The notes beneath the pieces are model-generated. The model ran no database searches, had not been told where the DNA came from, and saw only the letters and a list, made by a program, of their open reading frames with translations. Shown here piece after piece: positions 7,818 to 16,326 of a stretch of 38,521 bases of DNA. The position numbers and the translations under genes were made by a program. This stretch comes from a virus, in UHGV virus genome UHGV-0033517; one strand, given 5' to 3'. Every line of letters begins with the position of its first letter. The first letter of the stretch is position 1.

Positions 7818-9821
7818 TTATTTGAGCTCTTTGATGATTTCCGGGTTGATAAGAAGCGGTTCTCCATCTGCTCCGGTTCGCCCCAAAAACCAGCCTCTCA
7901 CCTCATATTTTTTTATGCCTTGCCCCCCCTGAGTAACATCATAAATAGATGGTTTGGTCAAGTCCCCTTGCGTCCTGGCAATGCGAACAACACTTACTCC
8001 TTGCTCTAAATCCCCAGTCGCCCAGTTTTTGCTTCTCCCTGCCTCTGGTATTTCACCAAATCTGACGGCCGTAACATACTCTGGCTCGTCACCATAAAAA
8101 CCAGCCTTGTGGAATTGCCCTCGAATAAAATCCGTTTTAGGCCCACACGTCTCAAAATCTTCGAATATCCCATCTATCAGGCTTGGGTTTTCTCTCATTG
8201 CCGCATCTATGGCATTCCCGTAAGAATAGCCGGGGTATGCCGCAGCAAGCTTTTCCCCCTCCGAAAATCTTTTTTGCCACACTTCTTCAAGGGGGGGGGC
8301 GTCTGTTTTTATCGGGTCGGCGCTTTTATTTTCTCCTCCTCCTGCATAGACCCAGCGCCCATCTTTCCCTCTCGGTTGATTTGGGGAGTAGTCTTCGGCA
8401 ACCGTAAGTTCGTCCTGTGCGTATATTCCCGTCAGCCCCGCCATGGGGTCACGCAGCGCCGTCACGTCCTGAAAGGTTTTCCCGGCGTTGGCGGCTATCT
8501 GCTCGTCCGTCAGGCTGTCAAACATCCCTGTTACAGCGGACAGGCGTTTTAATTCTTTCTGGGCGGTGGCCAAATCCAAAAGCCCCGCCTGAAAGGCGTT
8601 GATGATGCTCTCGGTCTTGGCTTTGGCAATCTCCGCTTCTTCCTTTGCGTCTGGCGTCCACATCGGCGGGAACGATATATCCAAATCATCGGGGATGGCC
8701 CCCCAAGTTGACATGGCCATGACCGGCAGCAGCTTGTCCAGCAAGGGCCGCAACTTTTGTTCCCGGAGGCTGTCAATGTAATCATAATAGTTTTGCAGGT
8801 CGCTTTCCCCGGTGGCGTTCAGCCCGGACGGGGAGCGGCCAAACAGCTTTGTCAGCGGGATGTGCGAGGCCCCGGCCACGTCCATGCAAATGGAGTTATA
8901 CACGTCAGCCAGCCCCGCAAAGGTGTACTGGTGCTGGGTAATACTGTCGCCCTTGTTTACCAGCTGTGTACCAAAGTTGGAGCGCACCACCGACTGCGCT
9001 TGCAGGGTATTCCAGAACCGCCGCTGCTGCTCCGCCGGGGACAGGGAGAACAGCTGGTCAAGGTTTTGCACCTCCATCGTGTGCAGGTTGGCCTGAAACG
9101 TCAGGGCGGCCATGTTTGCGGCCACGTTGTCGTGCTTGACTACCTCACTGTAAATGCTCTCGACCTCGGAGGCCCCCCAGTACATCTCCGCCAGCCGCTC
9201 CAGATACGGCAGCTCTCGGCCTGTAAACCGTAACACCCGGCTATGATGTACCCGCATGACCAAGCGGTTGTCCGGGGAGTTGATGTTGTAATAATCGGGT
9301 AGCCCAAACTCCGGGTCTGACATATCCTGCACCAGCTCCACGCCGGGGGTCACGCCGCACCAGCGGTCAATGAGGTATATCCCCGCAAAGCTGCCCGGGT
9401 ATATCAGGTCGGGGTCTAGTGGCTCGTCCATCATGCCCTCCTGCCCCCGTATCATAATCAGCCCAGCGGCACCGCCGTATAAGCGGCCCCATTTCAGGCC
9501 GGTGTTTATTTTGTCCTTCACCCCGCTCACACGCTGGGCCTTTTCCAGCCGGGCCAGCTGCTCCGGGGATACGCTGCCGTTGACCGTTACCCACTTGCGT
9601 GTCATATCATCGGGGACAATGCCCACCACGTTTTGTACCAGCCAGTTATCACGATACAAGGCGTTTAACCGGGCGTAGTTGTCCGTCATCCGTGTCAACG
9701 GGTACTCGGTGGCCTCTAAGGGCGATTGCGACCCGTACCCCAGCCGGAAAAGCCGGTTGGAAAATGCGTCCGTGGTCGCCACCTGTGTATTGTTTGGCTT
9801 AGTTTTGTTGCGCCGTGACAT
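7818..9821 (-). CDS. Portal protein (SPP1 gp6-like) with about 190-aa C-terminal extension
   Basis: ORF 7818..9884, start refined to MSRRNK (GGAGG RBS at 7-nt spacing). Core resembles SPP1-type portals. Start overlaps the terL stop. Confidence 0.7.
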   Translation of the reverse strand: MSRRNKTKPNNTQVATTDAFSNRLFRLGYGSQSPLEATEYPLTRMTDNYARLNALYRDNWLVQNVVGIVPDDMTRKWVTVNGSVSPEQLARLEKAQRVSGVKDKINTGLKWGRLYGGAAGLIMIRGQEGMMDEPLDPDLIYPGSFAGIYLIDRWCGVTPGVELVQDMSDPEFGLPDYYNINSPDNRLVMRVHHSRVLRFTGRELPYLERLAEMYWGASEVESIYSEVVKHDNVAANMAALTFQANLHTMEVQNLDQLFSLSPAEQQRRFWNTLQAQSVVRSNFGTQLVNKGDSITQHQYTFAGLADVYNSICMDVAGASHIPLTKLFGRSPSGLNATGESDLQNYYDYIDSLREQKLRPLLDKLLPVMAMSTWGAIPDDLDISFPPMWTPDAKEEAEIAKAKTESIINAFQAGLLDLATAQKELKRLSAVTGMFDSLTDEQIAANAGKTFQDVTALRDPMAGLTGIYAQDELTVAEDYSPNQPRGKDGRWVYAGGGENKSADPIKTDAPPLEEVWQKRFSEGEKLAAAYPGYSYGNAIDAAMRENPSLIDGIFEDFETCGPKTDFIRGQFHKAGFYGDEPEYVTAVRFGEIPEAGRSKNWATGDLEQGVSVVRIARTQGDLTKPSIYDVTQGGQGIKKYEVRGWFLGRTGADGEPLLINPEIIKELK

Positions 9822-11046
9822 CCTCAAACCTCCAATCGGGCAGGGAGTTGATATAATACCGCAATGCGTCCATGCTGTGGTCAAACTGCTTTACCGGGCG
9901 CTCCTCGCCCCGTGCCGCCGCCTTGTCATCCCACACATAGGCCCCAAACTCATCCAGGACTGTGCGGCACTGGTCGTTGACCTGTATCTGCCGCCGCTGT
10001 AACAGGGTTGCGGTCTTGCGTATCCCGTCCATAACATCGTTATTGGCGGGGAGCACGTACATACCTCGGGAGCGCAGTTCGGCGATAAACGAGGCCGCCG
10101 AGGGGTCAACGATAATAGTCAACGGCTCGCCCCCGGTAAACGCCTCCAAATCATCGGCGTACTCGGCATCGGTCTTTTGCCGCAGCTGCTGGCGGCTGTC
10201 CCAGTTGTACTCCCGGTGTACCCGGATAACCTCCCCGTCATCGTATATATCCAGATAGCGTGTGGGGTTGGTCGTGCCGTAGTCAATGGCAATCGTCCGG
10301 GTAGACCGCCAAGCCATATCCACAGGGGCCGTCTGGTCGGTGTATACATTGTCCGTGGGGTCATACATACTATATATCGTGCCCTCGGCCATGACCCAGC
10401 GGCCCATGATATAGCGCTCAAAAAATACGCCGCTGTACATCGTGCGGTAGCGCTCCTTAATGCTCTCCGACAGTCCCGGGTTGTCATCCAGCAAAAAGTG
10501 CAGGTGCAGGGCGTTGTGTTTGGCAGGCTGTAAAATCCACTCCTGGCGGAACCAATGCGCCGGGCTTGCCGGGTTGCAATTAAACCAATACTTGCTGCCG
10601 GGGACGGAGCACCGGGCCAGCGCCTGGTCTACAAACGACTTAGGCATGAGCGCCACCTCGTCCATCAACACCCCGGCCAGCGTAATGCCCTGTATCAGCA
10701 TATAACTGCTCTCGTCCTTGCCGCCAAACAGGTATACCCGGTTTGTCTTGCCCCCCCGGCGTACCGTTAATACCCGTGTGCTACGGCTGTATTGCAAGTC
10801 GTAGTTGTCCGTCAGGTATCGCACGTTAAGCAGCGGGCCGATGATATTGCGCTCCACGGTGCCCACCGTTTTGCCGCAAAACGCAAAATTTTGGTTGTCA
10901 AAATTTGCCATCATCCACAGGACAAAGGCGATGGACATGATGGATGTTTTGCCGCTACGCACAGCCCCATCACAGATTAGTGCGTCATATCGGCTGGCCC
11001 CAAAGGCAAGTATCTTAAGCTGCTTAGTGCCCAGGCCCATCGTCAA
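9799..11046 (-). CDS. terL: Terminase large subunit (PBSX/XtmB-like)
   Basis: 415 aa. Walker A CDGAVRSGKT, nuclease-domain acidic residues. Directly upstream of the portal. Confidence 0.8.
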   Translation of the reverse strand: MTMGLGTKQLKILAFGASRYDALICDGAVRSGKTSIMSIAFVLWMMANFDNQNFAFCGKTVGTVERNIIGPLLNVRYLTDNYDLQYSRSTRVLTVRRGGKTNRVYLFGGKDESSYMLIQGITLAGVLMDEVALMPKSFVDQALARCSVPGSKYWFNCNPASPAHWFRQEWILQPAKHNALHLHFLLDDNPGLSESIKERYRTMYSGVFFERYIMGRWVMAEGTIYSMYDPTDNVYTDQTAPVDMAWRSTRTIAIDYGTTNPTRYLDIYDDGEVIRVHREYNWDSRQQLRQKTDAEYADDLEAFTGGEPLTIIVDPSAASFIAELRSRGMYVLPANNDVMDGIRKTATLLQRRQIQVNDQCRTVLDEFGAYVWDDKAAARGEERPVKQFDHSMDALRYYINSLPDWRFEDVTAQQN

Positions 11047-11479
11047 TCAGCTCCTTTAGCGCTGCCGTCAGCGGGTCATCCTGGCCAGTGCTGCCCTTGT
11101 CTGCCGTGTCCTTGCCCCAACCGTAATTGCAAGTCAGGGTAAATTGCGCCCCCTTAACCCCGTCACGGTCGTATAAGCGGCCCTCGGCGTAGGCCTCTAT
11201 CCGCAGTTTTGCTCGCATAATTGCGTCATTATAGGCCGGTCTGCCTTGATAATTGATTAGCGCCTGCCGGCTGGCAAACCCCAGGTGTAGGGCCAACCCC
11301 GTCACCGTTGGCGGGGACGGAGGCACCCGGTAAACAATATCCCCCTTGGGTGTTACCATCGGCAACCCATCATCATCGTAATAGGGGATACCATCACAGG
11401 CCGCAAAATACTCGTCAATCTTGCGTTGCATATCCTCCACCGACTTATACTTAAGCTGATTGCCTGTGATTTTGGCCAT
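11024..11479 (-). CDS. terS: Terminase small subunit
   Basis: Start refined to MAKITGNQ (GGGGGTGG RBS). 151 aa immediately upstream of and overlapping terL. Confidence 0.55.
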   Translation of the reverse strand: MAKITGNQLKYKSVEDMQRKIDEYFAACDGIPYYDDDGLPMVTPKGDIVYRVPPSPPTVTGLALHLGFASRQALINYQGRPAYNDAIMRAKLRIEAYAEGRLYDRDGVKGAQFTLTCNYGWGKDTADKGSTGQDDPLTAALKELIDDGPGH

Positions 11480-11522
11480 TTTACCACCCCCTAAAAAAAT
11501 TAAAAAACTTTGCAAAAAGGTA

Positions 11523-11551
11523 TTGACAATACGCACATATGAGCGTATAAT
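11523..11551 (+). promoter_or_regulatory. Perfect sigma-70/SigA consensus promoter (TTGACA, 17 nt, TATAAT) with A/T-rich UP region
   Basis: TTGACA at about 11523–11528, 17-nt spacer, TATAAT at about 11546–11551. Drives the plus-strand three-gene cassette, antisense to all flanking genes. Confidence 0.6.
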
Positions 11552-11602
11552 TTAATTACAAGGATGAGATGAGAGCAAAACAAACCCAAGGAGGACAAAC
11601 CC

Positions 11603-11935
11603 ATGAAGATTACCCAAGAGATTATCGACAAGCTCAACGCCACTATCGCCGACATGGAGCTGGACGAAAACTATGGCTACATCGGCGTCCGGGTGCAGGA
11701 GGTTCCCTTTGCCGTCGGCCCCATGGAGCACTGCTCCCATATCTGGGATGACGGCAACGACACCGGCGAGGAGCTGGACGGCGTAAGCGTAACCGAGGTT
11801 GACAGCCTCGCCAGGGTCAGCGGCTACTACTACGGCGACTATCTCGCCATCGTTTGTGGCAATCGGGCCGAGTACGGGCAGGACATCGGGGAACTTGTAA
11901 TCGCCGACCCCGTAGTAGTGGCCATTATTGCCTAA
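11603..11935 (+). CDS. Hypothetical acidic protein (moron gene 1)
   Basis: 110 aa, AAGGAGG RBS. Asp/Glu-rich with a Gly/Tyr-rich C-terminus. No recognisable family. Confidence 0.5.
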   Translation: MKITQEIIDKLNATIADMELDENYGYIGVRVQEVPFAVGPMEHCSHIWDDGNDTGEELDGVSVTEVDSLARVSGYYYGDYLAIVCGNRAEYGQDIGELVIADPVVVAIIA

Positions 11936-11962
11936 CCAACAAGCCGAGAGGAGGACGCAACA

Positions 11963-12184
11963 ATGCAACAGGCTTACATCCGCACTGTCAGCAGCAACAG
12001 CAGCAACGAGAGAGAGTACGAGGTCAGCACCCGGAGCGCCATGAAAGCGGCCATGGAGTTTGGCCGCTGTGAGGGCGGCGAGACCGTAACCATCCTTACC
12101 AAGGGCGGTAAGCCGATAAGCCGGGTGATTTGGCACCCCGAGGACGGCGGAAAATATATCCGGGTAGGTTTGTTCGCCGACTGA
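11963..12184 (+). CDS. Hypothetical small protein (moron gene 2)
   Basis: 73 aa, GAGGAGG RBS. No recognisable family. Confidence 0.45.
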   Translation: MQQAYIRTVSSNSSNEREYEVSTRSAMKAAMEFGRCEGGETVTILTKGGKPISRVIWHPEDGGKYIRVGLFAD

Positions 12185-12195
12185 AAGGAGGGCAC

Positions 12196-12417
12196 ATGGA
12201 GAATAATATTGCCGCCCTGCGGAAAACCGCCGGACTAACCCAAAAGCAGCTGGCAGACTTGTCCGGCGTTGGGATACGCCAAATCCAATACGCCGAGAGC
12301 GGGGAGCGCCAGTTAGCTAACTACACCGCCATCAACCTATTGCGTATCGCCGCCGTGTTGGGCGTTGACCCCTATGATTTGATTGGTTTATCCCGGGACG
12401 AAATCCCCCGGGCATAA
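12196..12417 (+). CDS. XRE-family helix-turn-helix transcriptional regulator (moron gene 3)
   Basis: Start refined to MENNIAALRK (AAAGGAGGG RBS). HTH signature LTQKQLADLSGVGIRQIQYAESGER. Hairpin follows the stop (about 12430–12462). Confidence 0.6.
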   Translation: MENNIAALRKTAGLTQKQLADLSGVGIRQIQYAESGERQLANYTAINLLRIAAVLGVDPYDLIGLSRDEIPRA

Positions 12418-12515
12418 CAATACCGGCCTTGCTACCATGCAGGGCCGGTATCTTATTATCCACACTACCATAATACCACGGACAAAGCGGACAAAACGGA
12501 CAACTTTTTCATTAT

Positions 12516-12920
12516 TCACCCCTCCGGGGGTGTTTTTTGTTGCAGCCACCGGATATGCGCCTTCCGCACCCCGGACGGGGTGTTTTTTCCGCCCATCCGG
12601 TAAGCCACCTCCGCCCAGCTGTTGCCATCCACATACCGCAGCCACAGGATACGCTGGATGTACAGGTCGTCCACTGCGTCAATGTATTCCATCAACCGCC
12701 GCTCTTCCCGGATTAGTTTTCCCCGTTCCCCGGCTATCTGTTCCTCCAGCGCCGCCAGCTGTATGGCCATATCCCCCACGGGGTCGCCCGGGCCTGTATA
12801 CACACCGCTGCCGCCCGGGGGCCGCACCTCCGACTTCTGCCGTAATTCCTTCAGTCGGCGCTCCAAGTCCTGTATCCTCCCCCGGATATGCCATAAACGT
12901 TTCAGTTCGTGTGGTTCCAT
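12516..12920 (-). CDS. ArpU-family / sigma-70 region-4-like late transcription regulator
   Basis: 134 aa. C-terminal ..YIQRILWLRYVDGNSWAEVAYRMGG..VRKAHIRWLQQ resembles a sigma region 4 HTH. Classic position upstream of the terminase genes. Confidence 0.55.
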   Translation of the reverse strand: MEPHELKRLWHIRGRIQDLERRLKELRQKSEVRPPGGSGVYTGPGDPVGDMAIQLAALEEQIAGERGKLIREERRLMEYIDAVDDLYIQRILWLRYVDGNSWAEVAYRMGGKNTPSGVRKAHIRWLQQKTPPEG

Positions 12921-12936
12921 CCACTCGCCTCCGGTT

Positions 12937-13134
12937 TCATTTGCTCAAATCAATTTCAGCCCCGGTCTCGGCTTTCAAGGTCTCCCGCAGGTCGTCCAGC
13001 GTGATATACCCACGCTCGAAGCTGTCGTATAATTCCAGTACCCCGGTTATTAACTCAGTCAGCCGCTTTTTGCCCCAGCCCTTTTTGTCGTGCAGCCACA
13101 TCACCGGCAGGCAAAACATCAGCTCCAGCGCCAC
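12937..13134 (-). CDS. Hypothetical protein
   Basis: 65-aa ORF in the early/middle operon. Confidence 0.3.
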   Translation of the reverse strand: MALELMFCLPVMWLHDKKGWGKKRLTELITGVLELYDSFERGYITLDDLRETLKAETGAEIDLSK

Positions 13135-13252
13135 GTCCCGGCCTGTTTGTTGGCGTTGGCCTTAATCCGCTGTACATCACTGGCCCGCAGATTCCAGTGC
13201 GGGTCTTTTTTCATTGCTTTTTCATTCCGTCTGCGTTCTGCCCGGTTCATTT

Positions 13253-13528
13253 TCATTCACCATCCATTCTCGCACCGCAGTTGGGGCAAAGCGCAGGGTT
13301 CACAATGTACTTGCTCCGGACTTTACACAAAGAACAAGTGCCACACATACATTCCCTAATAAGTCTGTTAGGCCCAAGAAATTCCCACCGCCCATGCCGC
13401 ACTGGGGTAACGTCGGCGGCGGCCTGCTTTCGGATGGCCCGGAAAACACTCCCGGTATTAAATGATTCTACGCTTTCGGAAAGTTCCTTCATCAACGCTT
13501 CCCGCTCGATATACTCGGCCATTTTCAT
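13253..13528 (-). CDS. Hypothetical Cys-rich (zinc-ribbon-like) protein
   Basis: 91 aa with CxC..CxxC..CxxC pattern. Confidence 0.35.
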   Translation of the reverse strand: MKMAEYIEREALMKELSESVESFNTGSVFRAIRKQAAADVTPVRHGRWEFLGPNRLIRECMCGTCSLCKVRSKYIVNPALCPNCGARMDGE

Positions 13529-13640
13529 TCCCCTTTTTCATTTCCGTTTGAATATCCAGTCCAGAACAGCCTCCAGCGCTACGGACAACACCGCCACCCC
13601 CGTGACCGCCGAAAGCACCAGCAGCACCAGCTGTAAGCCT

Positions 13641-13982
13641 TCAATCATCCGTTATCACCAGCCCTATCCATGCAATCACCAGCAGCCCCAACAGCCATAA
13701 AAACAAACCTGTCGGCATTCCCGACAACTTCCCAAACGCCCCCAGCCCGTAGGCCGCCATGCACAGCAGAATAAACCACTTGCACCGCTTGTGTATCCCG
13801 GCCTGGGTGTTTTTTTCATTCTGTGCCGCCGCCAGCTCCCGGACTTTCTCCGGGGCCAGTCCGGTGCTTTGGTACTTCATCAGTTCCCGGTAACATTGCC
13901 ATTCGCCGCATTCCAGCTTGTCGGCACACTGCCCGGTGGTTTCTGCCATGCAGTTCCCGCAAGGTTCGTCAAACTTTTTCAA
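13641..13982 (-). CDS. Hypothetical membrane protein with Cys-rich N-terminus
   Basis: 113 aa. CGNC..C..C motif, then two hydrophobic helices at the C-terminus. Confidence 0.35.
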   Translation of the reverse strand: MKKFDEPCGNCMAETTGQCADKLECGEWQCYRELMKYQSTGLAPEKVRELAAAQNEKNTQAGIHKRCKWFILLCMAAYGLGAFGKLSGMPTGLFLWLLGLLVIAWIGLVITDD

Positions 13983-14271
13983 GGTCGTTCCCCCATTCGT
14001 CCTCGCCGCTTATCAGCGCTTGCACCCGCCTCTCGGCTTCTTCCCGGCTCAAAAACAGCTCCTCACCCAAAACGAACTCGTCTATGCAAACGTCATCGTA
14101 GTAGATTTCCAGCCCCCCGTTTCTGCCAACCTCGATTTTCCAGCAATCGTCCCAAAGCTCTACAATCTCCGGGTTCTCCAAATCACCGCTCGGGAGCAAA
14201 AACTCGGAAATGTCGTATACCCTCGTCTCCGGCGGCCAAGGCAATTCAACCGTCATTTTCATTATCAACAC
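13969..14271 (-). CDS. Hypothetical acidic protein
   Basis: 100-aa ORF, overlapping start/stop with neighbours. Confidence 0.3.
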   Translation of the reverse strand: MLIMKMTVELPWPPETRVYDISEFLLPSGDLENPEIVELWDDCWKIEVGRNGGLEIYYDDVCIDEFVLGEELFLSREEAERRVQALISGEDEWGNDLEKV

Positions 14272-14515
14272 CCCTTTCCTCCGTTGTTCTGCTTTTCTCG
14301 GCCCTTGAACAATAATCGTTTTCTTCTACGCTGATTCCCCGGTTGTGCGGATGGGCACACCAGTATTCAGTTCCCTTGAACAGAACATTCATGCGGCTGA
14401 AATACTTGCATTCCCTACACCGAATCACAAACATTAGCATTGACAGGCTCTTTGGGGTTACTTGCATTCCGCTTCTCCTTTCCGCACTCGTCCGCTCATC
14501 CGTTCCACAACCCAC
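14246..14515 (-). CDS. Hypothetical Cys-rich protein (start uncertain)
   Basis: 89-aa ORF with CRECKYF...C motifs. May start at an internal Met. Confidence 0.3.
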   Translation of the reverse strand: MGCGTDERTSAERRSGMQVTPKSLSMLMFVIRCRECKYFSRMNVLFKGTEYWCAHPHNRGISVEENDYCSRAEKSRTTEERGVDNENDG

Positions 14516-14775
14516 TTGCAGGCGCTTACCGCCATCTGGTAATCACAAGCCCAAGTCCCCGCCTTCATCCGCTCCGGGCGAATATCGTTCAGGCTGTCAA
14601 TGGCCCGCTGGACTACCTCCGGGGTAAATTCCTCGGCCAGCCGTTGGAGCTGCCAGCGTGTCAGGCTCAGGCCCTTTTTGTCCAGCTCGTAGGTGTTCGG
14701 TTCAAGCCAATCCTTCTCACGCATACTTTGCCGCCCCCTCTCTCGGGATGCTGTCCAACACCAGGTGGTAATCAT
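14458..14775 (-). CDS. Hypothetical replication-module protein
   Basis: 105-aa ORF directly downstream of the repeat-bearing replication gene. Confidence 0.3.
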   Translation of the reverse strand: MITTWCWTASRERGRQSMREKDWLEPNTYELDKKGLSLTRWQLQRLAEEFTPEVVQRAIDSLNDIRPERMKAGTWACDYQMAVSACKWVVERMSGRVRKGEAECK

Positions 14776-15556
14776 CCCGGTATCGACCTTCTGCTATCGC
14801 CGTTGGCTTGTCCCGTGCGGCGGTGTCCAGCGCCATTTGGGCGCACTCCTCCCCCAGCAAGCCGGTCAACAGCCGCTTGTTGTTGTCGGTCAGCGACAGA
14901 CCGTGGTAGTTAATACCCCCGGGCTTTGGCTCCTCAAGGCTTTGTTCCTCGCGCGCATAACTAACAAACAAAGAGTTAATCTCTTGACCTTGACCTTTAT
15001 ATTCTTTTTCTTTATCTTTTTCTTTATTTCTTTCTTTGCTTCTTTCTTTCTTGTTTTCTTTTTCGGTTTCTTTTTCTTGCTCAAAACCCCCGGGTTTTTC
15101 ATCCAAAAGGGGGGGGTTATTCTCGGTTTTATTTTCAAAACCCCCGGGTTTTTTAATAGAAAGGGGGGGGTTATTTTCAAAAACCCCGGGGTTATTATCC
15201 AAAAACCCCCCGGTTTTTTCTTCTGCGCTCAAATCGTCAGGGGTTTCTTCTTGTGCGGTCTCGCTTTCAAAAGATGGGGTTTCCTCTTTAAAAGGGGAGG
15301 GTTTTTCCTCTGAAACGGCGTCCTTTTTCGGGCGACCGCCCTTCTTGCCGTTTTCTTTCCCGGCGGCTCTCTGTTCGTTCTCCGCATCAATCTGCGCTTT
15401 CGCAATGTCAAAAACAATCTCCGCCGCAAGGGAAAGGCCCTCTGGTTCTTCTCCGCACATTGAATACTCCATGGCCGCACGAAGCACTTCTCCCTGCTCG
15501 GCAGGAGAGAGCTTTTTGATAGTGGTATAAAAAATGGCCGGATACCGAAACATCAT
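14717..15556 (-). CDS. Putative replication initiation/organiser protein with central low-complexity repeat region
   Basis: 279 aa. Globular N-terminal domain with basic patch (GKKGGRPKK), then PGGFE/NNPPL repeats and a KE-rich tract encoded by DNA direct repeats and homopolymers. Lies in the replication module next to the Hjc-like gene and SSB. Confidence 0.4.
   Translation of the reverse strand: MMFRYPAIFYTTIKKLSPAEQGEVLRAAMEYSMCGEEPEGLSLAAEIVFDIAKAQIDAENEQRAAGKENGKKGGRPKKDAVSEEKPSPFKEETPSFESETAQEETPDDLSAEEKTGGFLDNNPGVFENNPPLSIKKPGGFENKTENNPPLLDEKPGGFEQEKETEKENKKERSKERNKEKDKEKEYKGQGQEINSLFVSYAREEQSLEEPKPGGINYHGLSLTDNNKRLLTGLLGEECAQMALDTAARDKPTAIAEGRYRDDYHLVLDSIPREGAAKYA
14999..15220. repeat. 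Polypyrimidine A/T-rich tract plus three direct repeats of about 42–54 bp with AAAACCCCCGGGTTTT near-palindromes and G8 runs (iteron-like)
   Basis: About 84-nt T/C tract at 14999–15082. Repeat units at about 15082–15136, 15137–15178, 15179–15220. G8 at about 15109–15116 and 15163–15170. Confidence 0.5.
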
Positions 15557-15867
15557 TCTTTGTCCCCCTTATACAACTCTAACCAGTCTGCTGCGGTCAT
15601 TGTTACCATCCAGCATTGGCGATTCCCCCGGTGGAACACCACCGGGGTCTCATCCTCCCGTGCGTCCCGCACTGCCTGCAATAGCGCCTGATATACGTTC
15701 AGGCGCTCCACCCGCTTGCACTCGATGTGTATCCCCGGCAAGCCTACTACATCAGCGTCCCCATTGGCCCCGGAATACTGCTGGCCACGCCGGGTATCAA
15801 ACCCGCAATCCCGCAGCCGCTTCGCCAGCTCCAGTTCCCCACGCTTTCCCTTTTCCCGGCTGTTCAT
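15553..15867 (-). CDS. PD-(D/E)XK nuclease, Hjc/VRR-NUC-like putative Holliday-junction resolvase
   Basis: 104 aa. GKRGELELAKRLRDCGF...GDADVVGLPGIHIECKRVE matches the PD-(D/E)XK core pattern (E...D...E.K). Confidence 0.45.
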   Translation of the reverse strand: MNSREKGKRGELELAKRLRDCGFDTRRGQQYSGANGDADVVGLPGIHIECKRVERLNVYQALLQAVRDAREDETPVVFHRGNRQCWMVTMTAADWLELYKGDKE

Positions 15868-15876
15868 GCTATCACC

Positions 15877-16326
15877 TCAAAACGGCCAATCATCGTCCTC
15901 TACGCCTTCGTCTATCGGGTAGTAGGCTTGCCCGCCAAGCTTCTCCTGTTTGTACTCCGCTGTGGGCTGCTTCTGGTCGCCCACGCTTGTCCAGCCGCCG
16001 CCATTGCTGTCCTTTTTGCTGTCGGCAAAATGCTGTTCTTCTATCACTACCTCGGTGGCGTAGCGCTTGTTCCCGCTGTCGTCCTCCCAGCTTCGTGTCT
16101 GGATACGCCCCACAACGGCAACCTGCTGGCCCTTGCGGAAATATTTGTTAGCAAACTCGGCAGTCTTGTTAAACGCCAGACAGTTGATAAAATCAGCCTG
16201 TTGTTCGCCGTCTTTTTTCCAAGGCCGATTTACCGCCAGCGTGTACCGGGTAATTGTCACATCATTGTTCGTGGTTTTGGTCTCCGGGTCTTTCGTCAAT
16301 CGCCCCAGCAACACAACCTTGTTCAT
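15877..16326 (-). CDS. ssb: Single-stranded DNA-binding protein
   Basis: Start refined to MNKVVLLGRLTKDPE (GGAGGAGG RBS). OB-fold pattern and acidic C-terminal tail ..DDDWPF. Confidence 0.8.
   Translation of the reverse strand: MNKVVLLGRLTKDPETKTTNNDVTITRYTLAVNRPWKKDGEQQADFINCLAFNKTAEFANKYFRKGQQVAVVGRIQTRSWEDDSGNKRYATEVVIEEQHFADSKKDSNGGGWTSVGDQKQPTAEYKQEKLGGQAYYPIDEGVEDDDWPF

Noticed and set aside
8109-9233. Plus-strand ORFs inside the portal gene (8109..8552, 8757..9233 and others)
   Set aside because: Antisense to the 688-aa portal ORF, which has clear portal-like content and coupled start/stop with neighbours.
11552-12136. 194-aa minus-strand ORF overlapping the plus-strand moron genes
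   Set aside because: Antisense to three plus-strand genes that have a consensus promoter, strong RBSs and an XRE HTH. Ala/Val/Gly-rich low-complexity translation, no RBS.
14693-15530. Plus-strand ORFs (14693..15313, 15036..15530) and minus ORFs 14890..15180 and 15229..15480 in the repeat region
   Set aside because: Low-complexity frames opened by the homopolymer and repeat DNA. The 279-aa minus ORF is the one with a globular N-terminus and coherent context. The minus alternatives are out-of-frame overlaps of it.
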